A program made the position numbers and the translations under genes. The notes below the pieces were generated by a model. The model saw only the letters and a list, made by a program, of their open reading frames with translations. It had not been told where the DNA came from and ran no database searches. A DNA stretch of 64,000 bases from Firmicutes bacterium CAG:582 (GTDB taxonomy: Bacteria; Bacillota_I; Bacilli_A; RF39; UBA660): contig FR884183.1 of NCBI GenBank assembly GCA_000435515.1, positions 1,980 through 65,979 of the forward strand, in the 5' to 3' direction. Positions 54,299-63,596 of this stretch are shown piece after piece. Numbering within the stretch: the first letter of the stretch is position 1; each line of letters opens with the position of its first letter.

Positions 54299-54901
54299 AT
54301 GAATGCTTTTGATGAATTTATAATGAGTGATGCTTTTTTTCCTGTGATTATTGTTTTATTGGTGTTATTAATAGCAGTATTTATTATAATAACAATTAAT
54401 AACAAAAGAAAATATGGTCCATTTAGAAATATAAAAAATGCTTCGAAACCTGAGATTGACTATTCGAGTGAAGTTCATATTATTAATGATTTAAGTCCAG
54501 TTGAAGAAGTTAAAGAAAATGAATTTGATGAAATATTGAATATAAATAATATTGTTGAAGCAGATGATAATTATTTAAAACCAAGAAATGTAGAGGAAGA
54601 AAAAAAATTGCAAGTTAATGATTCAAGTATATTAGCTTCTTCTAATGCGATTTCTTTTAATTCCTTTGATAATTCACAAAGAAGTGAAACTGAAGAAATG
54701 CCTATAGATAAATCAAGTGAAGTTACTAGTAACTTACAAGATGATGATAAGTTTATGGCAGATGTTCATACATTTCCAGATTTTTCGGATATTGAAGATA
54801 AAGATAAAAAAGAAGAAAATAAAAATAGTAGAATAGAAGAAGATGTAATGGATGCAGCTAGTAAATATATTGAATCTATTATGTCAAATAATAGTAGGTG
54901 A
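54299..54901 (+). CDS. hypothetical membrane-anchored acidic protein
   Basis: 200 aa with one N-terminal TM helix and an acidic, low-complexity tail. AGAGGGA RBS. Confidence 0.5.
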   Translation: MNAFDEFIMSDAFFPVIIVLLVLLIAVFIIITINNKRKYGPFRNIKNASKPEIDYSSEVHIINDLSPVEEVKENEFDEILNINNIVEADDNYLKPRNVEEEKKLQVNDSSILASSNAISFNSFDNSQRSETEEMPIDKSSEVTSNLQDDDKFMADVHTFPDFSDIEDKDKKEENKNSRIEEDVMDAASKYIESIMSNNSR

Positions 54902-54904
54902 CTA

Positions 54905-55033
54905 ATGAAAACTGAATTTGAAAATGTTTATTTAGAATATGTAGATGAACTTAATAAGAAAAATGTAAAAGACAAGATGAGCAAAGAAGAGTTGCTAAAA
55001 AAATTGGAAGAAACCCAAAGAATTAATTTGTAA
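54905..55033 (+). CDS. small hypothetical protein (42 aa), not in the ORF track
   Basis: ATG 54905 is preceded by an AGGTGA RBS. Translation is MKTEFENVYLEYVDELNKKNVKDKMSKEELLKKLEETQRINL. Followed by the hairpin terminator at 55067-55098. Confidence 0.4.
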   Translation: MKTEFENVYLEYVDELNKKNVKDKMSKEELLKKLEETQRINL

Positions 55034-55066
55034 TGTAAATGTAAAATTGTTCTTGTTTACGTTTAC

Positions 55067-55098
55067 AAGACATATTTGGTTGTCTTTTCTTTTTTTTT
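55067..55098 (+). terminator. hairpin plus T-run 29 nt upstream of the parE start
   Basis: Stem aagaca / tgtctt (55067-55072 / 55081-55086) followed by a T-rich run (ttctttttttt). Confidence 0.55.
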
Positions 55099-55126
55099 GT
55101 GTTAAATTTTATTAAGGTGATGCTTT

Positions 55127-57043
55127 ATGGCAGGAGCAAAAAAATATGATGCTTCATCAATTAAAATATTGGAAGGGTTAGAAGCAGTAAGAAAAAGACC
55201 AGGCATGTATATTGGTTCAACTGATAAAAGAGGTCTTCATCATTTAGTATGGGAAATCGTGGATAATTCCATTGATGAGATAATAAATGGTTATGGAGAT
55301 ATGGTTAAGATTCGTCTTAATGGTGATGGTTCAATCACTATAGCTGATAATGGCCGTGGAGTTCCGATTGGAATCCATGCAAGTGGTAAATCAACTCCAG
55401 AAGTTATTTATACTGTATTGCATGCTGGCGGTAAATTTGAAGAAGGTAATTATAAAGTGTCCGGTGGACTACACGGAGTAGGTGCAAGTGTTGTAAATGC
55501 TTTGTCTTCATGGATGGATGTTACTATTTATACTGATGGAATAATATCCAATATTCGTTTTAAAAATGGAGGCGAGGTTTCAAGTCCTTTAAAAAAAATT
55601 GGTGAGTCAAAAAAAACTGGAACTTGTGTTACTTTTATGCCTGATTATGAAATATTTAAAAATTGTCAATTTTCGTTTTCTACTATTTGTGAAAGAATGC
55701 AAGAAAGCGCTTTCTTGTTACCGAGATTAACTGTAGAACTTGAAAATGTTGCTGATAATAAAAAAGTAACGTACCATTATGAGAATGGGTTAATATCTTT
55801 TGTTGAATATATGAATGAAGACAAAAAAACAATAAACAGTATTGTACCTATACATGGCGTAAAAAATCATATTGAAGTTGATATAGCACTTCAATATACT
55901 GATTCATATAACGAACAAATTATTTCATTTGTAAATAATGTTAAGACAAGTGATGGCGGTTCGCATGAAGTCGGTTTTAAAACAGGGCTTACGAAAGTTT
56001 TTAATGATTATGCAAGAGCTAATGGTATTTTAAAAAATAAGGATTCTAACTTCGATGGAAGTGATGCAAGAGAAGGTTTAACGGCGGTAATAAATTTAAA
56101 AATACCAGAAGATTTACTTCAATTTGAAGGGCAAACTAAAGGAAAACTTGGTACTCCTGAGGCAAGACCTGCTGTTGAACAGATTGTGTATGATGCCTTA
56201 AAATTTTATCTTGAGGAAAATAAAAGCGAAGCTACTATTATATTGGACAAGATGAGCAAAAGTAAGTTTGCTCGAGAAGCGGCGAGAAAAGCTAGAGAAG
56301 AAGCAAGAGCTGGTAAAAGCAAAAGAGATGAAAAGCGTAGTTTATCTGATAAGTTAACTCCTCCTCAAAGCCGTAATCCAAAAATTAATGAATTATTTAT
56401 CGTTGAAGGTCAATCAGCTGGAGGAACCGCTAAATCTAGTCGTGACAGAAAATTCCAAGGAGTTTTACCTTTAAGAGGTAAAGTTCTAAATACTGAAAAA
56501 GCTAGTGTTGCTGATGCTTTTAAAAATGAAGAGATAAATACATTAATTCATTGTATAGGTGCAGGATGCGGAGCTGATTTTGATGTTAAAGATATCAATT
56601 ATGATAAGGTAATTATAATGACTGATGCCGATGACGATGGAGCACATATTCAATGTTTACTTTTGACTTTTTTCTATCGCTTTATGAGACCATTAATTGA
56701 AGAGGGACATCTTTATATTGCTATGCCACCTTTATTCAAGGTTGAAGAAGGCAAAAAAGTAACATATCTTTATACTAATGAAGAGTTTAAAGATTATGTT
56801 AGAGATAAAGATAATTCAACATATCGTGTACAAAGATATAAAGGTTTAGGAGAAATGAATGCTGATAACTTAAGTTTAACTACTATGAACCCCGAAACAC
56901 GTAATTTGATTAAAGTAAATATAAGTGATGCAGCAATGGCGGAAAAAAGAGTTTCAGTTTTAATGGGAGATGCTGTTGAACCAAGAAAAGAATGGATTAA
57001 TGAAAATGTTGATTTTTCACTAGAAGATGATTTTAAAATATAA
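55127..57043 (+). CDS. parE: DNA topoisomerase IV subunit B (ParE-type type IIA topoisomerase B subunit)
   Basis: GHKL ATPase blocks (LEGLEAVRKRPGMYIGST, LHHLVWEIVDNSIDE, GGLHGVGASVVNA). ParE-like blocks LLQFEGQTKGKLGT, AREAARKAREEARAGK, KLTPPQSRNP, FKNEEINTLIH, DINYDKVIIMTDAD. Toprim reads EGQSAGG and DADDDG. 638 aa. Confidence 0.9.
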   Translation: MAGAKKYDASSIKILEGLEAVRKRPGMYIGSTDKRGLHHLVWEIVDNSIDEIINGYGDMVKIRLNGDGSITIADNGRGVPIGIHASGKSTPEVIYTVLHAGGKFEEGNYKVSGGLHGVGASVVNALSSWMDVTIYTDGIISNIRFKNGGEVSSPLKKIGESKKTGTCVTFMPDYEIFKNCQFSFSTICERMQESAFLLPRLTVELENVADNKKVTYHYENGLISFVEYMNEDKKTINSIVPIHGVKNHIEVDIALQYTDSYNEQIISFVNNVKTSDGGSHEVGFKTGLTKVFNDYARANGILKNKDSNFDGSDAREGLTAVINLKIPEDLLQFEGQTKGKLGTPEARPAVEQIVYDALKFYLEENKSEATIILDKMSKSKFAREAARKAREEARAGKSKRDEKRSLSDKLTPPQSRNPKINELFIVEGQSAGGTAKSSRDRKFQGVLPLRGKVLNTEKASVADAFKNEEINTLIHCIGAGCGADFDVKDINYDKVIIMTDADDDGAHIQCLLLTFFYRFMRPLIEEGHLYIAMPPLFKVEEGKKVTYLYTNEEFKDYVRDKDNSTYRVQRYKGLGEMNADNLSLTTMNPETRNLIKVNISDAAMAEKRVSVLMGDAVEPRKEWINENVDFSLEDDFKI

Positions 57044-57066
57044 CTCAAGATAATTCTTGAGTTTTC
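57043..57066 (+). terminator. hairpin terminator after parE
   Basis: Stem actcaaga / tcttgagt (57043-57050 / 57055-57062) followed by a short T-run. Confidence 0.55.
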
Positions 57067-57123
57067 TTATGGGCAAAATAATGCTTTTTGTATATAATAA
57101 CATCTTGTTTTGAGGGGTTTGAT

Positions 57124-57522
57124 ATGATTTTATATCATACATTATCAGAATATGATAAACCTATAAATCCAGAAAATAATGGATTGATATCTAAGTTTAT
57201 AATAGATGAAGTATTAAATAAAATGCATAAAGAAGGTACATTAAAACAAATTAAATTTTTATCTAAAAGTGAAATAGATGAAACAATAAAATCATCTATT
57301 ACCGAGATAAACCAACAAGCTATGGCATATAAAAGTGAATTTGATGCTTATTTAGAACTAGCCTCTTGTGAATATAAAACCTTTAGTGATGAAGCAAAAG
57401 ATGCTTTAATTCAATTAATAAGTACATCAGTAGATTGTTTTAATGAAAGGTATGGAAATTGGGTTTCTTTATCAATTGATCCAATTGATGAAAGAATAAA
57501 AATTGAAGAAAAAGATGAGTGA
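57124..57522 (+). CDS. hypothetical protein; N-terminal half of a split paralog of ORF 57996-58832
   Basis: MILYHTLSEYDKPINPENNGLISKFIIDEVLNKM matches MILYHALSGHDEFIEPKENGLISNFIIDEVLKRL of the downstream gene. GAGGGG RBS. Ends at TGA 57520-57522, which is in frame with the next ORF. Confidence 0.6.
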   Translation: MILYHTLSEYDKPINPENNGLISKFIIDEVLNKMHKEGTLKQIKFLSKSEIDETIKSSITEINQQAMAYKSEFDAYLELASCEYKTFSDEAKDALIQLISTSVDCFNERYGNWVSLSIDPIDERIKIEEKDE

Positions 57523-57561
57523 CAAGTCGTTTGTGTTGATTCTGATAAAAACATAGATAAT

Positions 57562-57957
57562 TTGGAAATATATCCTAAAAATTTCAGCGTTTTAATCGGT
57601 AATAAGGTTAAATATTATACATGTGTACCAAGCTATAAAGTAGCTGCTATTCTTAATGCATGTGAATATGAAAGAATTATTTATGGTATATCTAAGGTGG
57701 ATGATATACTTACATCAACAAGCGTAAGAAAAGAACAAAATGAAGAATATATAAAAAGTTTTATAAGTAATTATCCAAGTGATAGTTTTGAAGCTTATCT
57801 TATAAGAGAACATTTAGAAAAAAATAGGACATTAAAATCCATTTCTAATGATGATTTAGATGAAAGTATGGTAAGTGCTTATTGGTTTATAAATGATACT
57901 TGGGATAAAATGGTAAAAACTTATAAAAAAAGTATAAAATGTAGACAACTTAGTTAA
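57562..57957 (+). CDS. hypothetical protein; C-terminal half of the split paralog (same frame as 57124-57522)
   Basis: YYTCVPSYKVAAILNACEYERIIYGIS...NDTWDKMVKTYKK matches YFNCVPGYKIVTLLNACEYERIIYGIS...NDTWDGIVKTVTKK. Has only a TTG start and no evident RBS, so it is likely not translated independently. Confidence 0.45.
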   Translation: MEIYPKNFSVLIGNKVKYYTCVPSYKVAAILNACEYERIIYGISKVDDILTSTSVRKEQNEEYIKSFISNYPSDSFEAYLIREHLEKNRTLKSISNDDLDESMVSAYWFINDTWDKMVKTYKKSIKCRQLS

Positions 57958-57995
57958 TATACTTTATAATAATATCAAGTTTTGGGGGGATTAAT

Positions 57996-58832
57996 ATGAT
58001 TTTATATCATGCATTATCTGGTCATGATGAATTTATAGAGCCAAAGGAAAATGGATTAATATCTAATTTTATAATAGATGAAGTACTTAAAAGACTTTAT
58101 CCTGATACTGATTTATCAGGTCACTCGGATTTTGGAAAAATACTTTTAACACAATGCTCAATGGAAAAAATTAGTGATGTAGTATTATATTTACAATATT
58201 TGGTTGATGAAGTTTCTGAAGCGAGATATAAAAAAACGAAATTGCATTTATCTAAAAATAAGGCTTATGAAATGCTTTATTACTTTATTCATTCAGCAAC
58301 AGATAAAAATAATTCATATTTTGAAAACTGGGTTAGTTTATCAGCTAATCCAATGGATGAAAAAAAGATATATGATGAACAAAAAATATGTAATGTAGCA
58401 GTTGTCAATACTGAATGGGAAAGATATAGAGGCAAAAACTATAAAAATCTTGTTATTAATGAAGGCAACGTTACTAAATATTTTAACTGTGTTCCAGGAT
58501 ATAAAATAGTTACTCTTCTTAATGCATGTGAATATGAAAGAATTATTTATGGTATATCTGGAATATATGATATACTTGCTCCAAAAGGAATCATTTTATC
58601 AAGAGGTGATAGAGAAAAACAAAATAGAAAATATATTGATGAGCTTTTAAGTATGTATCCAGTTGATAGTTTTGAAAGAAAGCTAATCGAGGAACATTGG
58701 GGAAAAAATAAGTCATTAAAATTTATAACTAATTGTTGCTCTGATATTTTTACTGAAAAAAATGTTGGTGATATAAATGATACTTGGGATGGAATTGTAA
58801 AAACAGTTACAAAGAAATATGAACTTCGTTAA
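57996..58832 (+). CDS. hypothetical protein (intact full-length paralog)
   Basis: 278 aa with a GGGGGGA RBS. Collinear with the two preceding ORFs joined. A stretch of more than 40 nt is identical between the copies (cttaatgcatgtgaatatgaaagaattatttatggtatatct). Confidence 0.6.
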   Translation: MILYHALSGHDEFIEPKENGLISNFIIDEVLKRLYPDTDLSGHSDFGKILLTQCSMEKISDVVLYLQYLVDEVSEARYKKTKLHLSKNKAYEMLYYFIHSATDKNNSYFENWVSLSANPMDEKKIYDEQKICNVAVVNTEWERYRGKNYKNLVINEGNVTKYFNCVPGYKIVTLLNACEYERIIYGISGIYDILAPKGIILSRGDREKQNRKYIDELLSMYPVDSFERKLIEEHWGKNKSLKFITNCCSDIFTEKNVGDINDTWDGIVKTVTKKYELR

Positions 58833-58847
58833 AAGCGAAGTTTTTTT
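58822..58847 (+). terminator. rho-independent terminator
   Basis: Stem aacttcg / cgaagtt (58822-58828 / 58836-58842) followed by a T-run. Confidence 0.7.
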
Positions 58848-58903
58848 ATTATATTGATTAGCATAAATTAATATGATAAAATTTATATGTTAGAGGTGAA
58901 GTT

Positions 58904-59146
58904 ATGGATAAGACAACTCTATTTGAAATTGAAGATATAACTAATGCATTAATTGAAACTACTTTAGATGAAATATATGATGCGTTAAAAGAAAAAGGAT
59001 ATAATCCAATTAGTCAAATTGTAGGATATTTAGTATCTGGAGATCCCGGATATATTACTAATTACAAGAATGCTCGTGATAAAATGCTGGGTCTTGATAG
59101 AAATAAAGTCTTAGAACTTATGGTTAGGAATTATTTAGAAAACTAA
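58904..59146 (+). CDS. ireB: IreB-family regulatory phosphoprotein (UPF0297, YrzL)
   Basis: 80 aa. Contains ...YDALKEKGYNPISQIVGYLVSGDPGYITNYKNAR.... Lies upstream of ruvX as in Bacillus. Confidence 0.88.
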   Translation: MDKTTLFEIEDITNALIETTLDEIYDALKEKGYNPISQIVGYLVSGDPGYITNYKNARDKMLGLDRNKVLELMVRNYLEN

Positions 59147-59574
59147 TGAAAACTCTTGGAATGGATCTGGGTACGAAGACTTTGGGCCTTGCTGTATCCG
59201 ATAAATTAGGAATAATAGCAAATCCTTACAAAACTTTAAGATATAATGATATTGATGAGTTGGTGGAAGATGTTTCAAAGTTAATTGCTGAATTGCATAT
59301 CGAGGCTTTAGTTCTTGGATATCCTAAAAACATGAATAATTCTTTAGGCGAAGCAACGTTGAGAACTGATGTGTTTAAAGAAAAATTAGAAAATGTAACT
59401 GAGTTACCAATTAATTTAATTGATGAAAGATTAAGCACAGTTGAGGCAGAAAAGTATCTTATTGGAGCTGATATGAGCAGAAAAAATAGAAAAGAAGTTA
59501 TAGATTCAGTGGCAGCAAGTATCATATTGGATACTTATTTAAAAAGAATAGGAAGTGGAACTGATGTTAGATAA
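59146..59574 (+). CDS. ruvX: Holliday junction resolvase-like pre-16S rRNA nuclease RuvX/YqgF
   Basis: MKTLGMDLGTKTLGLAVSD..., VLGYPKNMNNSLGE, IDERLSTVEAE. Confidence 0.9.
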   Translation: MKTLGMDLGTKTLGLAVSDKLGIIANPYKTLRYNDIDELVEDVSKLIAELHIEALVLGYPKNMNNSLGEATLRTDVFKEKLENVTELPINLIDERLSTVEAEKYLIGADMSRKNRKEVIDSVAASIILDTYLKRIGSGTDVR

Positions 59575-59866
59575 TGGAAAAATTGTTATAAAAAATGATA
59601 AAGGTGAAGAATTAGTATGTGATGTTTTATTTACATTTGATTCTGATGAAACAGGAAAAAGTTATATTGCCTATACTGATAATACAAAAGATGAAAAAGG
59701 TAATACTAAAGTTTATGCAAATACCTATGATAAAACAGGAGAGGATTTAAAATTATCTCAATTAACAACTGATAAAGAATGGAAAATTATAGATAATATT
59801 CTTGCTAGTGTAATTGATATGGTTAAAGAAAATTCCGAGACTGAAAATGGTGATAAGGATGAATAG
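59564..59866 (+). CDS. DUF1292 family protein (YrzB-like)
   Basis: DEETGEELVCDVLFTF-type core (KGEELVCDVLFTFDSDETGKSYIAYTDN). Canonical position between ruvX and mltG. Confidence 0.8.
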   Translation: MLDNGKIVIKNDKGEELVCDVLFTFDSDETGKSYIAYTDNTKDEKGNTKVYANTYDKTGEDLKLSQLTTDKEWKIIDNILASVIDMVKENSETENGDKDE

Positions 59867-60947
59867 TGATGTTGAAAAAGCTAGCAAGAAAATAAAAAAG
59901 GTAGCACTTATTCTCCTTATTGTTTTCTTTTCTTGTTTAGTTGTTATTGGGGGAATATCTTTCTTTATGATGATGCCTATTAATTCTTCAAATAATGATG
60001 AAGTTATGTTTAATGTTGAAAGCGGAACAAGCAAAAATCAAATTATAAGCGATTTAAAAAAGGAAGGATTAATTAGGAATACTAATTTTACAAAGATTCT
60101 TGTTAAGCTTAATTATCGAAAAGGATTTTTAGCGGGAAATTATAAGTTGAGCAAAAGCATGACACTTATGGAAATTTTGGAAAGCTTAACTAATGGAACT
60201 AATATTGAAAAGAATGAAATGGCAATTACTTTTATTGAGGGAAAACGTTTTATAGAATATGCTGATGTTCTTGCAAATAATTTAACATTCACTAAAGAAG
60301 AAGTGATAAGTACTTGTAAAGATAAAGATTACTTAACTAGTTTAATTGAAAAATATTGGTTTATAACTGATGATATTTTAAAAGATGGTGTATATTATCC
60401 TTTAGAAGGATACTTATTTCCTGATACGTATTTTATAAAAAAAGATGCAACAGTTAAAGAAGCTATTGAAGTCCTTTTAAATGAAATGAATACTAAATTA
60501 AGTACTTATAAAGAATATATTGAAACTAATAACTTAAATATTACTAGTTTACTTACTCTTGCTAGTGTGATAGAATTAGAAGCGTCTAGCGAAAGCGATA
60601 GGAAAGAAATATCAGGCGTATTTCAAAATAGAATAAAGAATAATATGTCTATTGGAAGTGATGTCACAACATATTATGGAGTGAAGAAAGAACTTGGCTC
60701 TGCTATACTCCAAAGTGATATTGATTCGTGCAATGCATATAATACTAGGGGAACTTGTACTACAGGAATCCCAATTGGACCAATTTGTAGTCCATCAATT
60801 GTTTCAATTGACGCAGCTATAAATCCGAGTACCAATGATTATTTCTATTTTGTTGCTGATGCAAAAGGCAAAGTATATTATAATAAGACAGCTTCGGAAC
60901 ATGAAAGAACTGTTGCTGATCTTAAAAGCAAAGGCCTTTGGTCTTAA
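59859..60947 (+). CDS. mltG: endolytic murein transglycosylase MltG (YceG-like)
   Basis: N-terminal TM helix, LysM-like subdomain, and YceG core (LEGYLFPDTYF, LTLASVIELEA, VFQNRI, LQSD, YNTR...PIGPICSP). ATG 59859 is preferred. Confidence 0.9.
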   Translation: MNSDVEKASKKIKKVALILLIVFFSCLVVIGGISFFMMMPINSSNNDEVMFNVESGTSKNQIISDLKKEGLIRNTNFTKILVKLNYRKGFLAGNYKLSKSMTLMEILESLTNGTNIEKNEMAITFIEGKRFIEYADVLANNLTFTKEEVISTCKDKDYLTSLIEKYWFITDDILKDGVYYPLEGYLFPDTYFIKKDATVKEAIEVLLNEMNTKLSTYKEYIETNNLNITSLLTLASVIELEASSESDRKEISGVFQNRIKNNMSIGSDVTTYYGVKKELGSAILQSDIDSCNAYNTRGTCTTGIPIGPICSPSIVSIDAAINPSTNDYFYFVADAKGKVYYNKTASEHERTVADLKSKGLWS

Positions 60948-60962
60948 AGAGGAGAAGTAAAA

Positions 60963-61574
60963 ATGAATGATGTTATAAAGGAAATGGAAAGGTATGCTGA
61001 GGCAAACAATGTGCCTATAATTGAGCGAGATTCCATAAAATTTATACAAAAATATATTAAACTTAATAATGTTAAAAAAATTCTTGAACTAGGAACTGCT
61101 ATCGGATATTCAGCAATTCTTATGGCAAGTGTTGATGATGATGTGGAAATTACTACTATCGAAAGAGATGATAAACGTTACAGAGAAGCTGTTAAAAACG
61201 TTAATCGTACAGGAATGGATAAAAGAATTGAGATTGTGTTTAATGATGCTTTAGATGTTAATCTAGTTGATCATGAATATGATTTAATATTTATTGATGC
61301 AGCTAAGGGTCAATATATAAAATTTTTTGAAAAGTTCCAAAACTATTTATCTAAGGGTGGTGTAATTATCACTGATAACTTAAAATTTCATGGTTTAGTA
61401 GCTGATAAAGATAAAATTGAATCAAGAAATGTTTTAGGTTTAGTAACTAAAATTGAAAAATATATTGAGTTTTTACGTACTAATGAAGAGTTTGTCACTA
61501 AATTTTATGATATAGGTGATGGCTTATCAGTTAGCTTTAGGAAGTCTGATGAAGATGTCAAAAATATTGATTAA
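60963..61574 (+). CDS. trmR: class I SAM-dependent O-methyltransferase, YrrM/TrmR-like (tRNA mo5U34 methyltransferase family)
   Basis: O-methyltransferase family 3 blocks ILELGTAIGYSA, FIDAAKGQY, GGVIITDN. Synteny with the U32 pair as in B. subtilis yrrMNO. Confidence 0.8.
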   Translation: MNDVIKEMERYAEANNVPIIERDSIKFIQKYIKLNNVKKILELGTAIGYSAILMASVDDDVEITTIERDDKRYREAVKNVNRTGMDKRIEIVFNDALDVNLVDHEYDLIFIDAAKGQYIKFFEKFQNYLSKGGVIITDNLKFHGLVADKDKIESRNVLGLVTKIEKYIEFLRTNEEFVTKFYDIGDGLSVSFRKSDEDVKNID

Positions 61575-62331
61575 TATAAACAATTTAAGTGAAATAGAAG
61601 AATATAAGAAAGTTGGAATCACCAATTTTCTTTTTGCTGTTAATAATTTTTCAATTGGATATAATTCTTTTAACTTATGTGATATTCCAGATGATGCATA
61701 CGTTTATTTAAATAGGGTTATGGATACAAAGACAATTGATGAACTAAAAAGTATTAAGGATAAGTTTTTAAGATTTAAAGGAATTATCTTTGAAGATTTA
61801 GGAGTTTTCAATATATTTAAAGATACAGGTATTCCTCTTATTTGGAATCAAGCTCATTTTGCAGTAAATTATAATTCAATTAATTTTCATTTGAAAAATG
61901 GATGCACAAGTGCAGTTATTTCAAATGAAATCACGAAAGAAGAAATAGATGAAATAATTAATAATTCTATTAAACCACTTATACTTCCAATATTTGGTAA
62001 AAACAATATTATGTATTCAAGAAGAACTTTACTTACAAATTTTAATAAACATGCAGGATTAAATGATTATAATGATATGGTTTTAAATGAAAAAATAACT
62101 GGTAATAAATTTTTAGTAAGAGAAAGTGAGTATGGAACATACATATTTAATAATACTTATTTTAATTATGTTTCCTTGATACCTAAATATGAAGATAAAG
62201 TAATGTTTTTCTTGGTGTTAAATCTTGATTTAAGTGTAGGCGAAATAAAAGATGTAATTGATGGTAAAAATTATGGTGATGATGGTTTCTTAAATAGAAA
62301 AACTGTATTTAAATTGGAGGATTATAAATAA
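61555..62331 (+). CDS. peptidase U32 family protein, YrrN-like (TrhP1-type)
   Basis: 258 aa from ATG 61555. TIM-barrel-like U32 N-domain without the Cys signature. Lies immediately upstream of, and ATGA-style coupled to, the YrrO-like gene. Confidence 0.75.
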   Translation: MSKILININNLSEIEEYKKVGITNFLFAVNNFSIGYNSFNLCDIPDDAYVYLNRVMDTKTIDELKSIKDKFLRFKGIIFEDLGVFNIFKDTGIPLIWNQAHFAVNYNSINFHLKNGCTSAVISNEITKEEIDEIINNSIKPLILPIFGKNNIMYSRRTLLTNFNKHAGLNDYNDMVLNEKITGNKFLVRESEYGTYIFNNTYFNYVSLIPKYEDKVMFFLVLNLDLSVGEIKDVIDGKNYGDDGFLNRKTVFKLEDYK

Positions 62332-63527
62332 TGGATAATATTGAATTACTTGCTCCAGCTGGTTCTTTAGAAAAAATAAAATATGCTTTTATGTATGGAG
62401 CTGATGCTGTATATTTTGGCTATAAAAATTATTCTTTAAGAGCTAATGCTAAGAATTTGGATTTAGATGAAATAAAAACTGCTGTTGAATATGCTCATTC
62501 TTTAGGGAAAAAGGTATATGTTACAGTTAATATCGTGTTTCATAATGAGGACTTTAAAGGTTTAAAAGATTATTTGATTTATTTAAGTGAAATTCAAGTT
62601 GACGCGATAATTACAAGTGATGTTGCCGTTATGAATATGATTCGTGAAAATAACATAGACTTATGTATACATGTATCAACTCAAGCATCAATTCTAAATT
62701 ATGAGGCTGCTTTATTCTATAAGGATTTAGGAGCAACTAGAGTAGTTTTAGCACGTGAAGCAAGCAAAGAAGATATAAAAAGAATAAAAAGAGAAACAGG
62801 ATTAGAAATCGAATGCTTTGTTCATGGAGCGATGTGTACAAGTATAAGTGGTAGATGTGTACTTTCTAATTATTGTACCAACAGGGATTCCAATCGCGGT
62901 GGATGTGCTCAAATATGTCGTTGGACTTTTGACTATGAAAAAGATGGTGAAAAGGTATGCGAAGAGCCATTTTCAATGACTCCAAAAGATTTAAATATGG
63001 TACCTTTTATTAAGAACATGATTGATGCTGGGGTTAATTCATTTAAAATTGAAGGAAGAATGCGTAGTATTTATTATGTATCCACTGTCATTCTTATTTA
63101 TAGAAGATTAATCGATAAAATTTTAAATAATACTTTAACTTCTGAATACTCGAGCTATGCTTTAAATATTTTAAATCGTGTAGCTAATCGTGAATCAACT
63201 CCACAATTCTTTGATAAATTACCTGGAGTTAACGAACAATATTATTTAGGAAGATGTGAATATTCTAATCAAGATTTCTTGGGATTAGTCATAGATTATA
63301 AAGATGGAATTGCAACAATTGAAGAGAGAAATTATTTCAAAATAGGTGACGAAGTTCAATTCTTTGGACCATCTACAGAGACTAAAAACTTTCGTATAGA
63401 AGAAATATTAGATGAAGATGGAAAAATAGTAGAAGAAGCAAATCATCCTCAAATGATTGTTAAGATTCGAGTGCCATTTGAATTAAAAAAACATGATATG
63501 ATGCGTTTAAAAGTGTTTGACTTTTAG
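62331..63527 (+). CDS. peptidase U32 family protein, YrrO-like (TrhP2-type, tRNA ho5U34 pathway)
   Basis: U32 signature ECFVHGAMCTSISGRCVLS plus CTNRDSNRGGCAQICRW. 398 aa. Confidence 0.88.
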   Translation: MDNIELLAPAGSLEKIKYAFMYGADAVYFGYKNYSLRANAKNLDLDEIKTAVEYAHSLGKKVYVTVNIVFHNEDFKGLKDYLIYLSEIQVDAIITSDVAVMNMIRENNIDLCIHVSTQASILNYEAALFYKDLGATRVVLAREASKEDIKRIKRETGLEIECFVHGAMCTSISGRCVLSNYCTNRDSNRGGCAQICRWTFDYEKDGEKVCEEPFSMTPKDLNMVPFIKNMIDAGVNSFKIEGRMRSIYYVSTVILIYRRLIDKILNNTLTSEYSSYALNILNRVANRESTPQFFDKLPGVNEQYYLGRCEYSNQDFLGLVIDYKDGIATIEERNYFKIGDEVQFFGPSTETKNFRIEEILDEDGKIVEEANHPQMIVKIRVPFELKKHDMMRLKVFDF

Positions 63528-63596
63528 ACTATTATGTAGTAATCTTATGAAAGTAGTTTTGATAAACAAATATTTATTAAAGAAGGGTGACTAATT

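Noticed and set aside
57520-57522. In-frame TGA read as Trp (Mollicutes-type genetic code 4) or as selenocysteine
   Set aside because: TGA serves as the stop of well-supported genes in this window (18973-18975 and 51765-51767). Trp is encoded by TGG throughout, and all conserved proteins are full length under the standard code. No SECIS-like hairpin follows the codon. A nonsense mutation is the simpler reading.
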